Below the pieces are notes generated by a model. That model worked only from the letters and a program-made list of their open reading frames with translations. It was not told the origin of the DNA and searched no databases. A program made the translations under genes and the position numbers. DNA of 49,826 bases, counting the filler, from Dirinaria sp. TL-2023a (taxonomy: Eukaryota), in NCBI GenBank assembly GCA_051941275.1. It is 2 parts of 2 records of this genome, joined end to end, with 100 filler letters (N's around TTAATTAATTAA, not from the genome) between each part and the next. Parts side by side here need not be neighbours in the genome. Positions count along the whole stretch, not along the records: positions 24,993 to 49,826 come from JAVEBF010000182.1; 1 more part is not named here. One strand, 5' to 3'. Below are positions 36,003 to 48,177 of this stretch, piece by piece (within the stretch, counting starts at the first letter, position 1; each line of letters opens with the position of its first letter).

Positions 36003-38009
36003 CTTGTATGTATGGAAATGCGTTAGGATATTGAAAATGGATGAGAAGCAGCAATTGCTAAAGTGGATGAATTGAAGCTGTCAAGGTAACCTTTGAGCTA
36101 TGTCTGAGATATAGTGTTCCACGCTCTTGGATGAAGAAGACGCTGAATGGATTTTGAATGGGTTTTTATATCAGAAGAGGTGGCTTGGTGCTTCCAAAGT
36201 GAAGCTTAATCCAGTGCCATGTGGAAAGCGCAAAGATGCTTAGCTGTGCTTTGAACCGGTGTGGGCGGTCAAGAAAATGAGATGGGGCATGAGTAGGAGT
36301 TGCCAAATAAGATAGAGACAGCATAGCAATGACGGATTTCACATGTCAGTCGATTGCTCCACTTTCTGGGATGGGTCAGAGGCTTGTCTCCGTTTTTTGT
36401 TGATAATGATAAACCGGACCTTTCGTAGAGCAGGACTGCTCCGGGATCCCAGCGAAGGCGAGAAGCCCGACGAATTGTACCAGTCATTGGTATGACGCAA
36501 TCCCAGAATAGAGGAAAGAGAGGTAGCGTAGAGGCTGTGAGTCTCTGGAACGAAGCCCCCGAAGCCCCATCACAGAGTGGACTGGCGTCTGGAGATTCGA
36601 GTGTTCGGTCAGTCGTCTTTCCCTGAGACAGAAGTGCTTGACAGGAAGTAACTTAGCGTATGGGATAGCCATAGTCCATGAGCTCGTTCAGACTTGGCTA
36701 ACACAGCCGAACAAAAGAGATCTTCGTCGCCTTACGAACGGAAAACAGAATGAGAGGCCGCAAACCGGGTTTTCAAAGCTGGGATACAATTCGGTAACGG
36801 CCGTGCTTTTGAGGCCAGAATTTGGAGCAAATGGATTGCTCCGACTTGTTCTCGCCCGATATCGTATACTATCAGGTAAGGCGTAAAGGATTCCGTCTTT
36901 TTCCGTGGGTATAGGTAACATCACCGCCATTAAGAGGGAATGACGCAAAGTCAAAGGGGCTGTGCGGTCAATAAACGGTCAAACCGACTACCAACCGGAT
37001 GTGAGAGTCTGTAGAGACTCGAATATCAATTATTGCAAGAGCCCAATCCATTGCTGGGCCCGTGATTTAGTGAGGTAGCAGAGGGTGCGCCCTTGAATGC
37101 TACATTATGGTGAATACTTCGCATACGACCATTTGGCGCGTGCGGCCGTAAAATGGACACTAAGTAGTACCATGACTGTTCCTGGAGTATCAAACAGCGA
37201 TTTGCCCTTTGTATCATATCACTCTTGATCAACTTATCTGCGCTCATTGGTGCTCTGATACCCTCGTTCTGTGTGCCATGTGCTGAGTCAAGACATTGCC
37301 AGGCGACCCGCCTCCTTCCCCGCAAAGCTTCACGCCCTTTTGGCTTTGAGGCTGGTTCTATCACCGCCATTTGGGGACCTCGAGGGGTATGATTTTCGGC
37401 GCTTCTGTATTGGTACGATGTGCAGGTCGAGGTTGTGAACGGCAACGTTTCGCGCTCGCAATCTGGCACGGGATAGCCGCTGTGGTCTACCGAAGAAGGA
37501 CTCGTGTCCGATGCGTCATGGCATAGAGGCGTCGTATAGGTCGGTCGAGAAGTGCAATACTGGTGTATCGAGGTGAATGGGGAGGGCATGCTGTCACATC
37601 AGGAAGCGGGCTTTGAGGATGTTTTTGCCTCTATGACTGTCTGGTATTAGATATGTATGATACCTCAACAGATGCTACATGGGCGGACGAAGAAGGTTTA
37701 GCCTGAACTGCCAGCATCTCCTTATCGTACATGTACCTCGAAGTACACGGGGCTCCTTTCTTACCTATACCTGTTGAAACGGTGGACACTGGTATTGACT
37801 CATCCATGAGAATGCCAGAAAGGTCCATAGGATTGTGAATGCTCGTGAGGTGAAATTGGATGCATTTACTGATCAACGACTTCTAACAGCCGCCTGATCG
37901 ATCTATCTATCTAAATACAAAGTGCAACTGCTGGGGCAGCGCGATAACTACATACTGCCGAAAGGAAAGACAAAAAGCACCGCAAACACGCAGAACACGC
38001 AAAACTCCG

Positions 38010-38170
38010 AAAAGCAACCACAACGCAAACACGAAGTGGGATCCAGAAAAGAGCAAACCCAAACACCAAAAGCAACCACTCGCAAATGCGACGTGGGATC
38101 CAGATACAAACAGCCCAAACACCAAGAGCAACCACCCGCAAATGCGGTATGGGATCCACAAACAAACCTC
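38010..38170. repeat. Minisatellite, ~56-57 bp unit, 3 copies
   Basis: agcaaccacHcgcaaa...TGGGATCCA core recurring, with GGGATCC at 38038, 38095 and 38151. Confidence 0.85.
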
Positions 38171-38268
38171 CGAAAACATACATACAAAAAAAAAAAGAGG
38201 AAATCGCAAAACAAAGGCAACCGCCCCAGCGGAGCCGGACACACAACCCCCACCTCCCATCCACCTCC

Positions 38269-40698
38269 TCACGCATATGAACCCCCCGCTATCGTCACCA
38301 ACGCATCGTCCCACAGCCCCGACGGCCACGCCGTCCCCGTTCCACCCCCAGCACGGTACGAAGCCCACGCAAGGCGGGCCGACTCGTCACCGCTGCTCAG
38401 CAATCCTTCCTTCCGCCGCGATGATACCATCATCGCGAGCACGAAGAAGAGGACCAAGAGAAGCAGCATCCAGAAGACCGATTTGCCCTTGCTTGGCAGC
38501 TTGTTGTTGGGCGGCGAGGGGGATGGGTGCTCTGGTTGGAAGTCGGCTTCATCAGCCGAAGCTTCCAACTCCGCGATGACCCTTGGTTCGGAAGCGAGGA
38601 CGGGCGGTGGCTTACGAGCGTTCTCGGGGATTGTCTCCTCCTCGCTCTGGTAATTGTCTTTGGCGCCACCTTGCGCCCGCTCCAGGCTCGACCTTAGGGT
38701 CTTGATCTCCCGCTCCTTCCTCGCCAAGGTCTTCTGCCACTGCTTCTCCGCGTCTTCGGCGTCGTGGATCTGCTTCGCCACTTGTGCCGCTTCATCTTTG
38801 AGCTCGTCGGTGATGTCGCGCAGTTCCGCGACGCTCACCTCGATCTTCGCCCCGGTGGCCCGGGAATCGGCGTTTTGACGCTCGAGAGTTGCGATGTACT
38901 GGTCAGCCCCTTTTGGTTGGGCCTGTTGTGCCCGAAGCTTCTTGGACAACTCGTCACGCTCGTGGGAGAAGGTCTGGGCCTCTATGGTCTTGTCCTTTAG
39001 TTTGGCCTCTAGATCTTTGATCTTCTTGGTGGCTCCCATGTGCGCGTCTGGACCGTCTGATGCGCGACTCCTCATCTCGTTGTCTGCTGACTCGATGTAC
39101 GAATTTGCATCGTTTATTTGCTTCGTCAGAGCGTCTTTGGCGGCTTTCGAATCCTCCAGCTCCTTGCTCAGCTTCACCATCTTCTCTTCCTCGCTCTCTA
39201 ACAACTTATTCAGAACGTCAATCTCCTTGTCCTTTGTTGTCTCTTGGCTCTTGAGCTTGTTGATGGTTGAGTCGTACTCTTCCTGGAGCGACTTCTTTGA
39301 AGTTGTGGCCACGTCGAGCTCATTTTCGAGCGACTTCTTTGTGGATGTGACTGAATCGTAATCTTGCTTGAGCGAGTTGTACTCTTCCAGAAGCGACGTC
39401 TTTGAAGATATGGCCGACTCGAGCTGATCTTTGAGCGGCTTGTGCGTCGAGTCGTGCTCTTTCTTGGCCAAGTCGTACTCCTTCTCGAGCAACTTCTTCG
39501 AAGATGTGATTGAGTCGTAATCTTTCTTGAGCGAGCTGTAATTTCCCTCGAGCGACTTATTTGAAGATGCCATCGAATCGTAACCTTCCTTGAGTGAGTC
39601 GTACTCTTGTTGAAGCGATGTATTTGCAGATGTGATCCAGTCATAATCTTCCTTGAGCGAGCTGCACTTTTCCTCGAGCGACTTATTTGAAGATGTCATC
39701 GAATCGTGACCTTCCTTGTGTGAGTCGAACTCTTGTTGGAGCGATGTGTTTGCGGATCTGAGCGAGTCGTACTCTTGCTGGAGCGATGTATTTGCAGATG
39801 TGGCCACGTCGAGCGAATCCTTGATTGAGTTGTACTCTTTCTGGATCGAGTCATGCTGTTCCTTGATCGAGTCGTGCTGCTCCTTGAGCGACTTGTTTGC
39901 AGATGCGGCTTTATCGATCTCATCCTGCTTGGCTTGGAGTTGGGTGCGTACGTCTCGAATCTCGTTATTCTTCTGCTCGGCATCGTTCTGGAACTTGACC
40001 GCTTGTTCGTCCGCCTTTTTGACTTGCTCAGTCAGGCTGTTTACCTTCTCGTTGGCTATCTTGTCCATTTCGGTAATCGTCTTTTGCTGCTCCGCTACGG
40101 TCGCTAGGTGCTGGTTTAAGGTAGTCCCAAACTTTTGGCACTCCTTTTTGAACTGAAGCTCTTGCTCTTCGATCCGCTTGTTTGCGGCCTTGAGTTTCTC
40201 GTGCAGGTTGGCAGTGCCTCCAGTGACTTTGCGTACAGGTAAGAGCTCTGGCGCGTTTGGATCCTTCATGACCACATCCTTGTTCTCTATCATGTCCTTC
40301 CTCAGCGCCGATCTAAGGTCCTTGACTTCTGCTCCCAGGTTTTTATTTTTCTCCTTCAGCTCATCACATTCTTTCTTCAGCCTCCAATCCTCTGCGGGTG
40401 CGGATGCGGGTGTGGATGCGGGTGCGGATGCCTGGGCATTGTAATAATACTTCAAAGCCCCCTGCATCCAGGCGTTTTCTTGACCTACTTGCCTAATCTT
40501 CAGCAGCGTGTGTTTCAGCCACTCCTCGTTGTTCGCGTGCGTCTGGAAGTCTGGCAGCGTTGCTTGCAGCCATGCATGATCGTCAGACGGTTCGAAATTC
40601 TCCAGAACTTGCCTGAGGAAGACGGTGTCTCCGTCCTCTTGGACGCTTAGCTGCTTGAGAAGATTGGCGACAAGTCCGACTTCCTGGGAGGATTCCAT
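38269..40698 (-). CDS. Intronless long coiled-coil protein with internal 21-aa repeats and a C-terminal transmembrane helix (~809 aa)
   Basis: Uninterrupted ORF, most likely starting at MESSQEVG (40698). E/K/Q/S-rich heptads, (T)SANTSLQQEYDSLK.. repeats at ~39270-39905, TM segment VFWMLLLLVLFFVLAMMV, then a ~50 aa tail. Confidence 0.8.
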   Translation of the reverse strand: MESSQEVGLVANLLKQLSVQEDGDTVFLRQVLENFEPSDDHAWLQATLPDFQTHANNEEWLKHTLLKIRQVGQENAWMQGALKYYYNAQASAPASTPASAPAEDWRLKKECDELKEKNKNLGAEVKDLRSALRKDMIENKDVVMKDPNAPELLPVRKVTGGTANLHEKLKAANKRIEEQELQFKKECQKFGTTLNQHLATVAEQQKTITEMDKIANEKVNSLTEQVKKADEQAVKFQNDAEQKNNEIRDVRTQLQAKQDEIDKAASANKSLKEQHDSIKEQHDSIQKEYNSIKDSLDVATSANTSLQQEYDSLRSANTSLQQEFDSHKEGHDSMTSSNKSLEEKCSSLKEDYDWITSANTSLQQEYDSLKEGYDSMASSNKSLEGNYSSLKKDYDSITSSKKLLEKEYDLAKKEHDSTHKPLKDQLESAISSKTSLLEEYNSLKQDYDSVTSTKKSLENELDVATTSKKSLQEEYDSTINKLKSQETTKDKEIDVLNKLLESEEEKMVKLSKELEDSKAAKDALTKQINDANSYIESADNEMRSRASDGPDAHMGATKKIKDLEAKLKDKTIEAQTFSHERDELSKKLRAQQAQPKGADQYIATLERQNADSRATGAKIEVSVAELRDITDELKDEAAQVAKQIHDAEDAEKQWQKTLARKEREIKTLRSSLERAQGGAKDNYQSEEETIPENARKPPPVLASEPRVIAELEASADEADFQPEHPSPSPPNNKLPSKGKSVFWMLLLLVLFFVLAMMVSSRRKEGLLSSGDESARLAWASYRAGGGTGTAWPSGLWDDALVTIAGGSYA

Positions 40699-40705
40699 TG
40701 TCTTG

Positions 40706-40924
40706 CCCTCGGGATCTCGTGATCTCGTCAATGTGTGGTGAAGGAATGTGTATGGAGCAGTGGTTGATGATGTAACACGCAGCAGAAGCGGTATGTGGAT
40801 GATCGGACCCTCGGGATCTCGTGATCTCGTCAAAGTGCGGTGGAATGTGCACGGAGCAGTGGTTAATGATGTAACACGCAGTAGAAGTTTTGTTATGTGC
40901 AGCAGCAGCAGAAGCGGTATGTGG
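40706..40924. repeat. 102-bp direct tandem repeat (2 copies plus a partial third) at the 5' end of the coiled-coil gene
   Basis: ccctcgggatctcgtgatctcgtcaa...ggagcagtggttRatgatgtaacacgcagYagaag at 40706 and 40808; gcagcagaagcggtatgtgg recurs near 40905. Confidence 0.9.
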
Positions 40925-43022
40925 TGCACACGAAGTAGAGAGGGTGAGGAAAAGAGGAAGAAGGTGAGAAATCTGGGAGGGGGGGTTGAAATAGGCCGCG
41001 CCCTAGACCAAGTGGGGCCAAAGCTAAGGTGAATTTGTTATTGTGTGTGTGTGTTGCTCGACGCGCCCAAGATCACCGCCTCGTATCTGTTGTGGGTCCT
41101 TTGTCAACAAACCCTCGCCGGATCCGGCCACGATCACAATAGCAAAGTGGATCACGCGGCACGGCAATGCTATTCTGACAGGGATGAAGGGCCTTGATGA
41201 TACAGACAATGCACAATGGAAACCTCACTTGATATAGTACAGAGCACCACAAAAGTGAGGCTCACAATACCGTGGCAAAATAAGTGGGTCCAATCTCCTC
41301 ATTATATAGCATCCTAGCTAGGCAACACTGTCACAGGACGAGGCATTCACTTGGAACACTCACTTTAACCCACGATCAACACGGTTCTGAGGGTATTCCT
41401 CCACTCAATTGGAAGGCTTGAGGTTGAAATCCACGGCTCGGCGTTAGGGCTTATAGTAGTGCACGTGACTCGTTAAGCGAGATCACCCCAATTGGCCGCG
41501 TCCCTACGAGAGGGCAAAGGCAAGGAGGACTTGGGTTTGATGATGAGCTTAAGGAGCTGTTCTGTTGTGCAATGGACGCCTTGATTTCCTGGTGGCAGCA
41601 TTCTATGGCTAAGGTAGCTACGGGTTGAGATAATAGTCTTACGCCCATTCAGCAGCTAGGGAGGCAGACTTGGGCAACTATGTACAATTCCCTCAAAGCA
41701 AGAACCCAAGGGCAAGTGTTGTAATTTAAGATTGCCAATTCCAGGGTTAGAGACACACATATTGTTCAGATCGCCGTGCAGGACTCGATGAACCTTGGTT
41801 GGGCTGGACGACAACATTGGCAAAAGCAAAGACCTCGGTAGCTCATGGTAGCCAATCCATGTCCTCGATCCCATATTGTAGTGACCCGTCACATGGTTCA
41901 TTAGACAATACCAAGGTAGAACAATACGAATAGTAAGGTACATCAATTAGCCACTAATTGAGACATCTGATGTACGGGCGAGGGGGTAACCTCGAAATAA
42001 GCTTTTGAATGCCAAGACACACGCGACTTCCTGCCATTTGCGTCAATGAGCATAAAGAAGATACATAGGACTTAACTCATACTCGTTCTGAGTGCGCTGA
42101 AACACTCCTATCTCGATCGATGTGTTGATCTTCGTAGATGCTGTAGTCATAAGCACACGGAGAACAAGTTCCATGTGTAACGAGCGCAAGGAAGTACACC
42201 TAGGAAAGTATTTCGCGATCGCGACATCCATCTTTGCACAAGTGAGCGAACCATGAAACGCTATCTTGCTAGATGCAAAGGCCATCTAGCGTTCAATGAC
42301 TTGACTTCCACTGAGGCCTTGAAGATGATCGCGAACAGCGTTTTAGTCCCATAAAAGCTTATATGAACGGCCTTGTCGGTTCCATAGCATTGCAAAGGAT
42401 TAATGGCTGAATTTGCAATGATAAAAATCTGAGCTAAGCCGCGGGACGGAACTGTAGGTGGTGTGAACGGCTGAAACAACAGTGGGAGGAGCGTAGGGGC
42501 TCTAATAATAATGCCTTGTGGAAGGGGCACACGGTCTGCAGGATTTCTTTGCAAGCTTACGTAAATTAGGTAGTAGTAGCTGAAAGAGCTGAGATTGGTT
42601 GTTAGGGGCCGTCAGGATATGATGGTTGCAAAATACTGTGCGCCTTTCTGCACTCTGAGTCGAGCGACGGCTAGCGATGAGCGCAGAACGACTTTTTCTG
42701 CGTGCGCGACGGCCACCATAAATTTCTATACGTGTATATGAGCCTGCACAGTGCGCACAGCCAAGAAAGAGTGTGTGAAAGGTGCGAGGGATGGGGTGTT
42801 ATTATGGACGCTCCTACACTCCTGAAACTTGGTGCCGACTTACGTAAGGCAACATCTGCGGCTTATAATTATATTTGATTGGTGCGAGTGAAATTCCTTC
42901 GCCGTACCTATGCAAGGTGTATGCACGGTACGGTTGGAATCCTAGTTTCCACCTCGGTCTATGGGTAAGGCAATATCTTAATGTTCTCCAATCTTCGAGA
43001 TCATGCCTTCCTCTTTTCTACA

Positions 43023-44520
43023 ATGTCTTCAACGATGGCTGTCCTGACCCGATATGCAGAGAAGGCGCTTCAGACTCCCAACCTCGATGTGGATAGCCAG
43101 CGGAAAGCCCTGCAGGACTCGTCCTGGGCCGATGTATGTCGTGTTACAACCACCTAAAGTACAGATCGCCAAAGATTGCCATGCTGACAATTCTGGGACG
43201 CCTAGGGCCTCCGGGGCATCGCCGCGATCTTCGTCATGTGCAGTCACTTAACTCTCTGCTTCGCACGATACATTGTCCCTCCGAACCATGGTGAAGGTCA
43301 ATATTCGGACTGGATGCAACGGCCGATCTTGCGACTGGTCGGGCAAGGGCCAGCATGGGTGGCATGCTTTTTCATACTGTCGGGTTTCGTCAACGCTTTG
43401 AAGCCTGTCAAACTTGCGCGAGCGGGGAATACGGAAACAGCCTTGTCAAATCTGGCCGTCAGCGCTTTCCGGAGGTCGTTCCGTCTTTTCTTGCCAGCAA
43501 CGACTGCTACCATCTTCAGCTGGCTCCTTACCCAATTCGGGGCTTACGAAACGGCGAGGCAGTCGAATGCGTATTGGATGTACAACACCGCACCTGCCCA
43601 GAGCGCTTCGTGGCCAGATGCGGTAGGAGACCTCTTCAGAGCTATCCAAACCACCTGGTGCTACTGGCCGAACAATCCGTACGACCAACCACAATGGGCT
43701 TTAATGTACTTGCTTCAAGGCTCAATGTTTGTCTTTACCGCTTTGCTAGTAACGATCAACCTTACCCCTTTCTTCCGGGTTGCGACGTTATCTCTACTCT
43801 ACGTCTGGTCTATGAATTGGGGCTTGAAGCTGGCTGATCGTACGTCACACAAACGTTTTGAACGACGGCTACTGACCTGTGCACCAAGCTTTATGCGGTA
43901 TGAACGTCTTCGCGGGTGTGCTACTTGCAGAATTCAATCACTCGAACCAACCCTCTGAGCTTTCTCGCTATGCACCTATCCTTGCCCCACCACTCGTTCT
44001 TATAAGCCTTGTCCTCATGTCTTTCCCGGCCGATTTCCAGCATCAAGCAGGCTGGTCGCGTTTCCTGGAAGATATGCATAACAGAATAGCGCCAGAAAGT
44101 GCCGACAAGGCACGTTTCTGGCCGGCTGTGGGCGCACAACTCCTCATAATTACTATCATCTGCTCCCCGCACCTACGCCGAGCGATGAGCCATAGATGGT
44201 TGTTATGGCTGGGCAAGATTAGTTTCCCACTCTATCTGCTTCACGGCATTTTTATACGCACGATCCTTGCCTGGCTCTTGTTTGCGAACCAGTCCCTTAC
44301 CCAGATACAAGAAGACGGTGACATTTACCTCCGATATCCCGTGCCTGGTTATGGGACATTTCTGATTGTCATGCCCGTTTTCATGATCATTTTACTCTCC
44401 TGCACACACGTTTGGGCCGTGAAGCTGGAGCCTCAGTTTGGCGTCATCACGAAAAAAGCTGAGGATGTGATGTTTGGGAAGAAGGAACGGCAATTGCCTT
44501 TACCGGTCAGACAGGATTGA
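43023..44520 (+). CDS. Acyltransferase family 3 (AT3/OafA-like membrane O-acyltransferase), ~458 aa
   Basis: Exons 43023-43133, 43206-43839, 43889-44520. WADGLRGIAAIFVMCSH, FFILSGFV, FRRSFRLFLP, WLGKISFPLYLLHG and multiple TM segments. Confidence 0.88.
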
Positions 44521-45157
44521 AAATCAATCTCCCAAAAATTCATAGACGGGGCATGTTGCGGGTTAGCAGGCGTTGGTTTTTGCATGCGGGATTGGATAAA
44601 CCGTATTCGATTGGCTATGCGGCGGGCTGCATTGGCCATACTTGTCAATTGTTCGCGTTCTACATTGGAAAAGCCTTTTGAAAACATTTCAGGCGTCAAG
44701 ACCGGGGTGCTCTATGCATCATAATGGAAGGAGATCTACGACAATTCTAGAGACCTGGGTAGCCTATCAGAATACCCGAAAATGTGAGGACATGAGGCAT
44801 TGCACTGAGCCTGACTTGCGGCCACGCAAGTAATCACCTAGATAGGTATCTGGATAAAGGATACATGAATATTACACCAATTGGCTACTTCCTCTAAGAT
44901 GATCAGGAAAATAGAACTTAGACTGGCGTACTGCTTGATGTGGAAACACGAATGTCTCTTCAACTCATCTCATAATCAGACCGCACTGTACCTTACGTCT
45001 GTACTTTCCTTAGCCTAGGAACTCCTCGGCATGGATATCTTGCCGCATTCAGCCGCCTGTAGCCGACTTCGCTAGTGAACCTTCAGTGGTATGCGTATAA
45101 AACGTGCCATTGCCTGAGTACCTTGTCTCACTGACCGCTATAACGTCTGTAGACCTA

Positions 45158-46743
45158 ATGCTAACGCCTCTTATACCTCGAGCGTTCACTCATGCTTTGC
45201 GACGGATTGGGCGTTCGCGGCCCGACTCCAACGTCTGTTCGATTGGGCGTGCGGCTTCGAGCAAGCACCCCCAAGGGTTCGTTCCACCCAGTACAGGAGA
45301 TCTCTCGGAATTGAGAGAGCGAGTACAAGAGTTTACACGTAAGCTTCCTTTGGCCTCGTCTTCTTTTCATGGTTGACCGGAGTCTTGAAGGCAGGGAGAT
45401 ACCGGGCGATGTTGCGGCAAGGACAGACAAAGTGAATGAATTCCCCAACGCCATGTGGGAGAAACTAGGCCAAGCTGGGTGAATAAAATCTACGCACGAT
45501 ATGAGCAAGGAAAATGAATTTGACCAATGGAAGATTTCTTGGCATCACAGCAAATGAAGATTACGGCGGCTTAGCCATGGGCTACCAAGCGCACTGCGTG
45601 GTTATGGAGGAGATAAGCCGGGCATCGGGTTCGTTGTCGGCTAGATATCCTATATTGAATGCCTATTGAGATATTTAGGCAGCATTGGTTTGTCCTACGC
45701 TGCGCACTCGCAACTATGCATCAACCAACTTTCATTGAACGGCACGCCTGAGCAGAAAGAACGATTCTTGCCCGGGTTGATCTCAGGCGAGAAGATTGGA
45801 GCATTAGCGATGTCGGAGCACTCCGCTGGCTCTGACGTGGTAAGCATGAAGACCAGTGCCAAGGAGGTGGATGGGGGATGGGTCTTGAATGGGACAAAGA
45901 TGTGGATCACGAACGTATGAACCTGATCTTTTATCTTCTACAAGCAGTCCTTCGCTGACATGCTCAAAATCTCGCAGGGTCCTGATGCCCATTATATAAT
46001 TGTCTACGCCAAGAGCAGCCCTTCTGCAGGTTCCAAGGGTATCACGGCTTATGTCGTCGACAGCAGCTCCCCAGGCTTCTCCTGCGCCCGCAAGCTTGAC
46101 AAACTCGGTATGCGCGGCTCCAATACGGGCGAGCTCGTCTTCGAAGACGTATTTGTTCCCCGTGAAAATGTACTAGGCGAGGTAGATCGTGGTGTTCGGG
46201 TCTTGATGGAAGGTCTCGATATTGAACGCTTGGTTCTGAGTGCTGGACCACTTGGGTATGATTCCCCTGGCTGTAGCCTTCTTTCAAAGCCAAAAGCGAT
46301 ATCTGCTGATGAACGTGTATGATAGTCTAATGCAAGCTTCGCTTGACATATCCCTTCCCTACACACACGCGCGTACCCAGTTCTCCGCCCCTATCGCACA
46401 CAATCAGCTTATTCAGGCAAAACTCGCCAACATGCATACCAAGCTTTCCGCCTCTCGCGCCTACACCTATGCCACTGCACGAGCCCTCGACGACTCTTCT
46501 CAGTCCTCGAATACCTCACCAGATACCAAAGACTGCGCTGGGGTTATCCTTTTCGCCGCTGAGCGCGCGACAGAGTGTGCCTTGGACGCAGTACAGCTGA
46601 TGGGAGGCATGGGGTATATGAACGAGGTCGCGGCGGGGCGCATTTTGAGGGATGCGAAACTGTACGAGATCGGGGCCGGGACGAGTGAGGTGCGGAGGAT
46701 GGTCATTGGGAGGGCGTTCAATAAGGAGTGGGCGGATCGGTGA
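45158..46743 (+). CDS. IVD1: Isovaleryl-CoA dehydrogenase, mitochondrial (acyl-CoA dehydrogenase family), multi-exon
   Basis: R-rich presequence, [103 protein letters not shown]. Confidence 0.93.
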
Positions 46744-48177
46744 CGGAGAATCATGAGGAGAATCTCTGTGAGAGTATCTCGATGGCAATCGAGGCTTGTC
46801 TATCATCAACGTTTCGTAAGCTATGGAGAGTCTCTAGTCTGGTCGCATTTGGGGGTTGACATCTTTGACGAGCTTCATGTAGCCTAATAATGAGTTTAGA
46901 GAGAGATAGCAACACTAAGGTACGAATACGGGGGATAAACCCTCAATTGACAGCGTCCTTAGTCGGATACCAACGGTGGAGCTTCTTACTGCTGTCTTAA
47001 TCCTGGATTCATCCCCCACGAATCCTGTTCACAACCCTTCAACCGACCTTGTGGCACCGTCATGATCGGTTGGTCGGCGACATGCTTTACTCTGACGATG
47101 GAGAGGCATTCATAATTCTGATATCAGAAGCGTCCCACAGACAGCTTTTTACATTGCCTTGGGTGCTTGCTCTCGTGTACAGCACAGGGACATGCCGCTC
47201 CAGAATAGAAGATTCCAAGCTCTTGAAAATTATTTATCCATATTGTTATGTGTGATGTACACTGCTGTCCTCTCCTCTCCTGCTCCACTGCAAGAACTTT
47301 ACTAAGAAATTTCGCGACCCGCCGCAGACGACAGCTCGATATACCCAACTGCCCGGATAGCGGAAGAGTGAACGATGGATGGCCCATGGGGCTACGTAAG
47401 ATTAGGCTTCGATAGCCGGCGACGGGGGAAGTGACCTACCCGTTTCAGCCTGGTATGGTCCAACGTGCGCTTGACAAGCATACCTTAGAGAGCGGTGGTT
47501 GCTGCTTCTCCACCCATGCTCGCCATGGAAATTGGCAATTGAGCCGAACAATCTTAATCTCACTTGCACCGAATGAAAATCTCCCTGGTACAGGCCGGCG
47601 GGTATCAGTGCAACGACGGCCCACCCACAGATGGCTTAGGGTCAAGTAGTGGTTTCCATTCGCTTTTCCTCCACCTCCTCTTCCCTTTTTCTGTCGCTGT
47701 AACTGTCATATGTGCATTAATATTATTCTGTGGGTGGTTTTGTCATTTTTCCTATCAATTCGCGGACATCATCTTGCTCTCTATCCTTTCCCCGTCCCCC
47801 CTCTTCCTCTCTTGTGTCCAGTGAAGAAAAGGAGAGACGGCAGGGGAAGCCGACTCGGTCCTTTCGGGCGCGACACACTCTAAATTGTGAGTCTAAATTT
47901 CCCTCGAGGCCGAGACTCCGACCAAAAAACAAATTTCGAACGACACTGCGCAATCCACCCACACAAATCGTCATTCCCATCCTCAATTGCCTCCTTTCCA
48001 ATAACTCAAATCGCTTTCAGTCTGTCCGTGTCGTCATTGCCATGTCTTGCCTGATAATCTGATAGGCATCGCTGCTCACCGCAGACTTTCTAGCTCGCGA
48101 CCCATTTTCATCCTCAGTTGCTTCACCCTAATTTCGAGGCACGGACCTCGCTTCACCACTCCTTTCACATTCCAATT

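Noticed and set aside
37026..37589. 187-aa ORF with RRRVAWQC as another finger gene
   Set aside because: No downstream CxxCxHxxCxxC half and no canonical intron that would supply it.
37907..38653. Overlapping hydrophobic and K/Q-rich ORFs on both strands
   Set aside because: Products of the CA-rich minisatellite and of antisense overlap with the coiled-coil gene.
40699..40929. 77-aa N-terminal extension of the 886-aa ORF
   Set aside because: Starts at a non-ATG codon and consists of the 102-bp duplication; the ATG at 40698 is more plausible.
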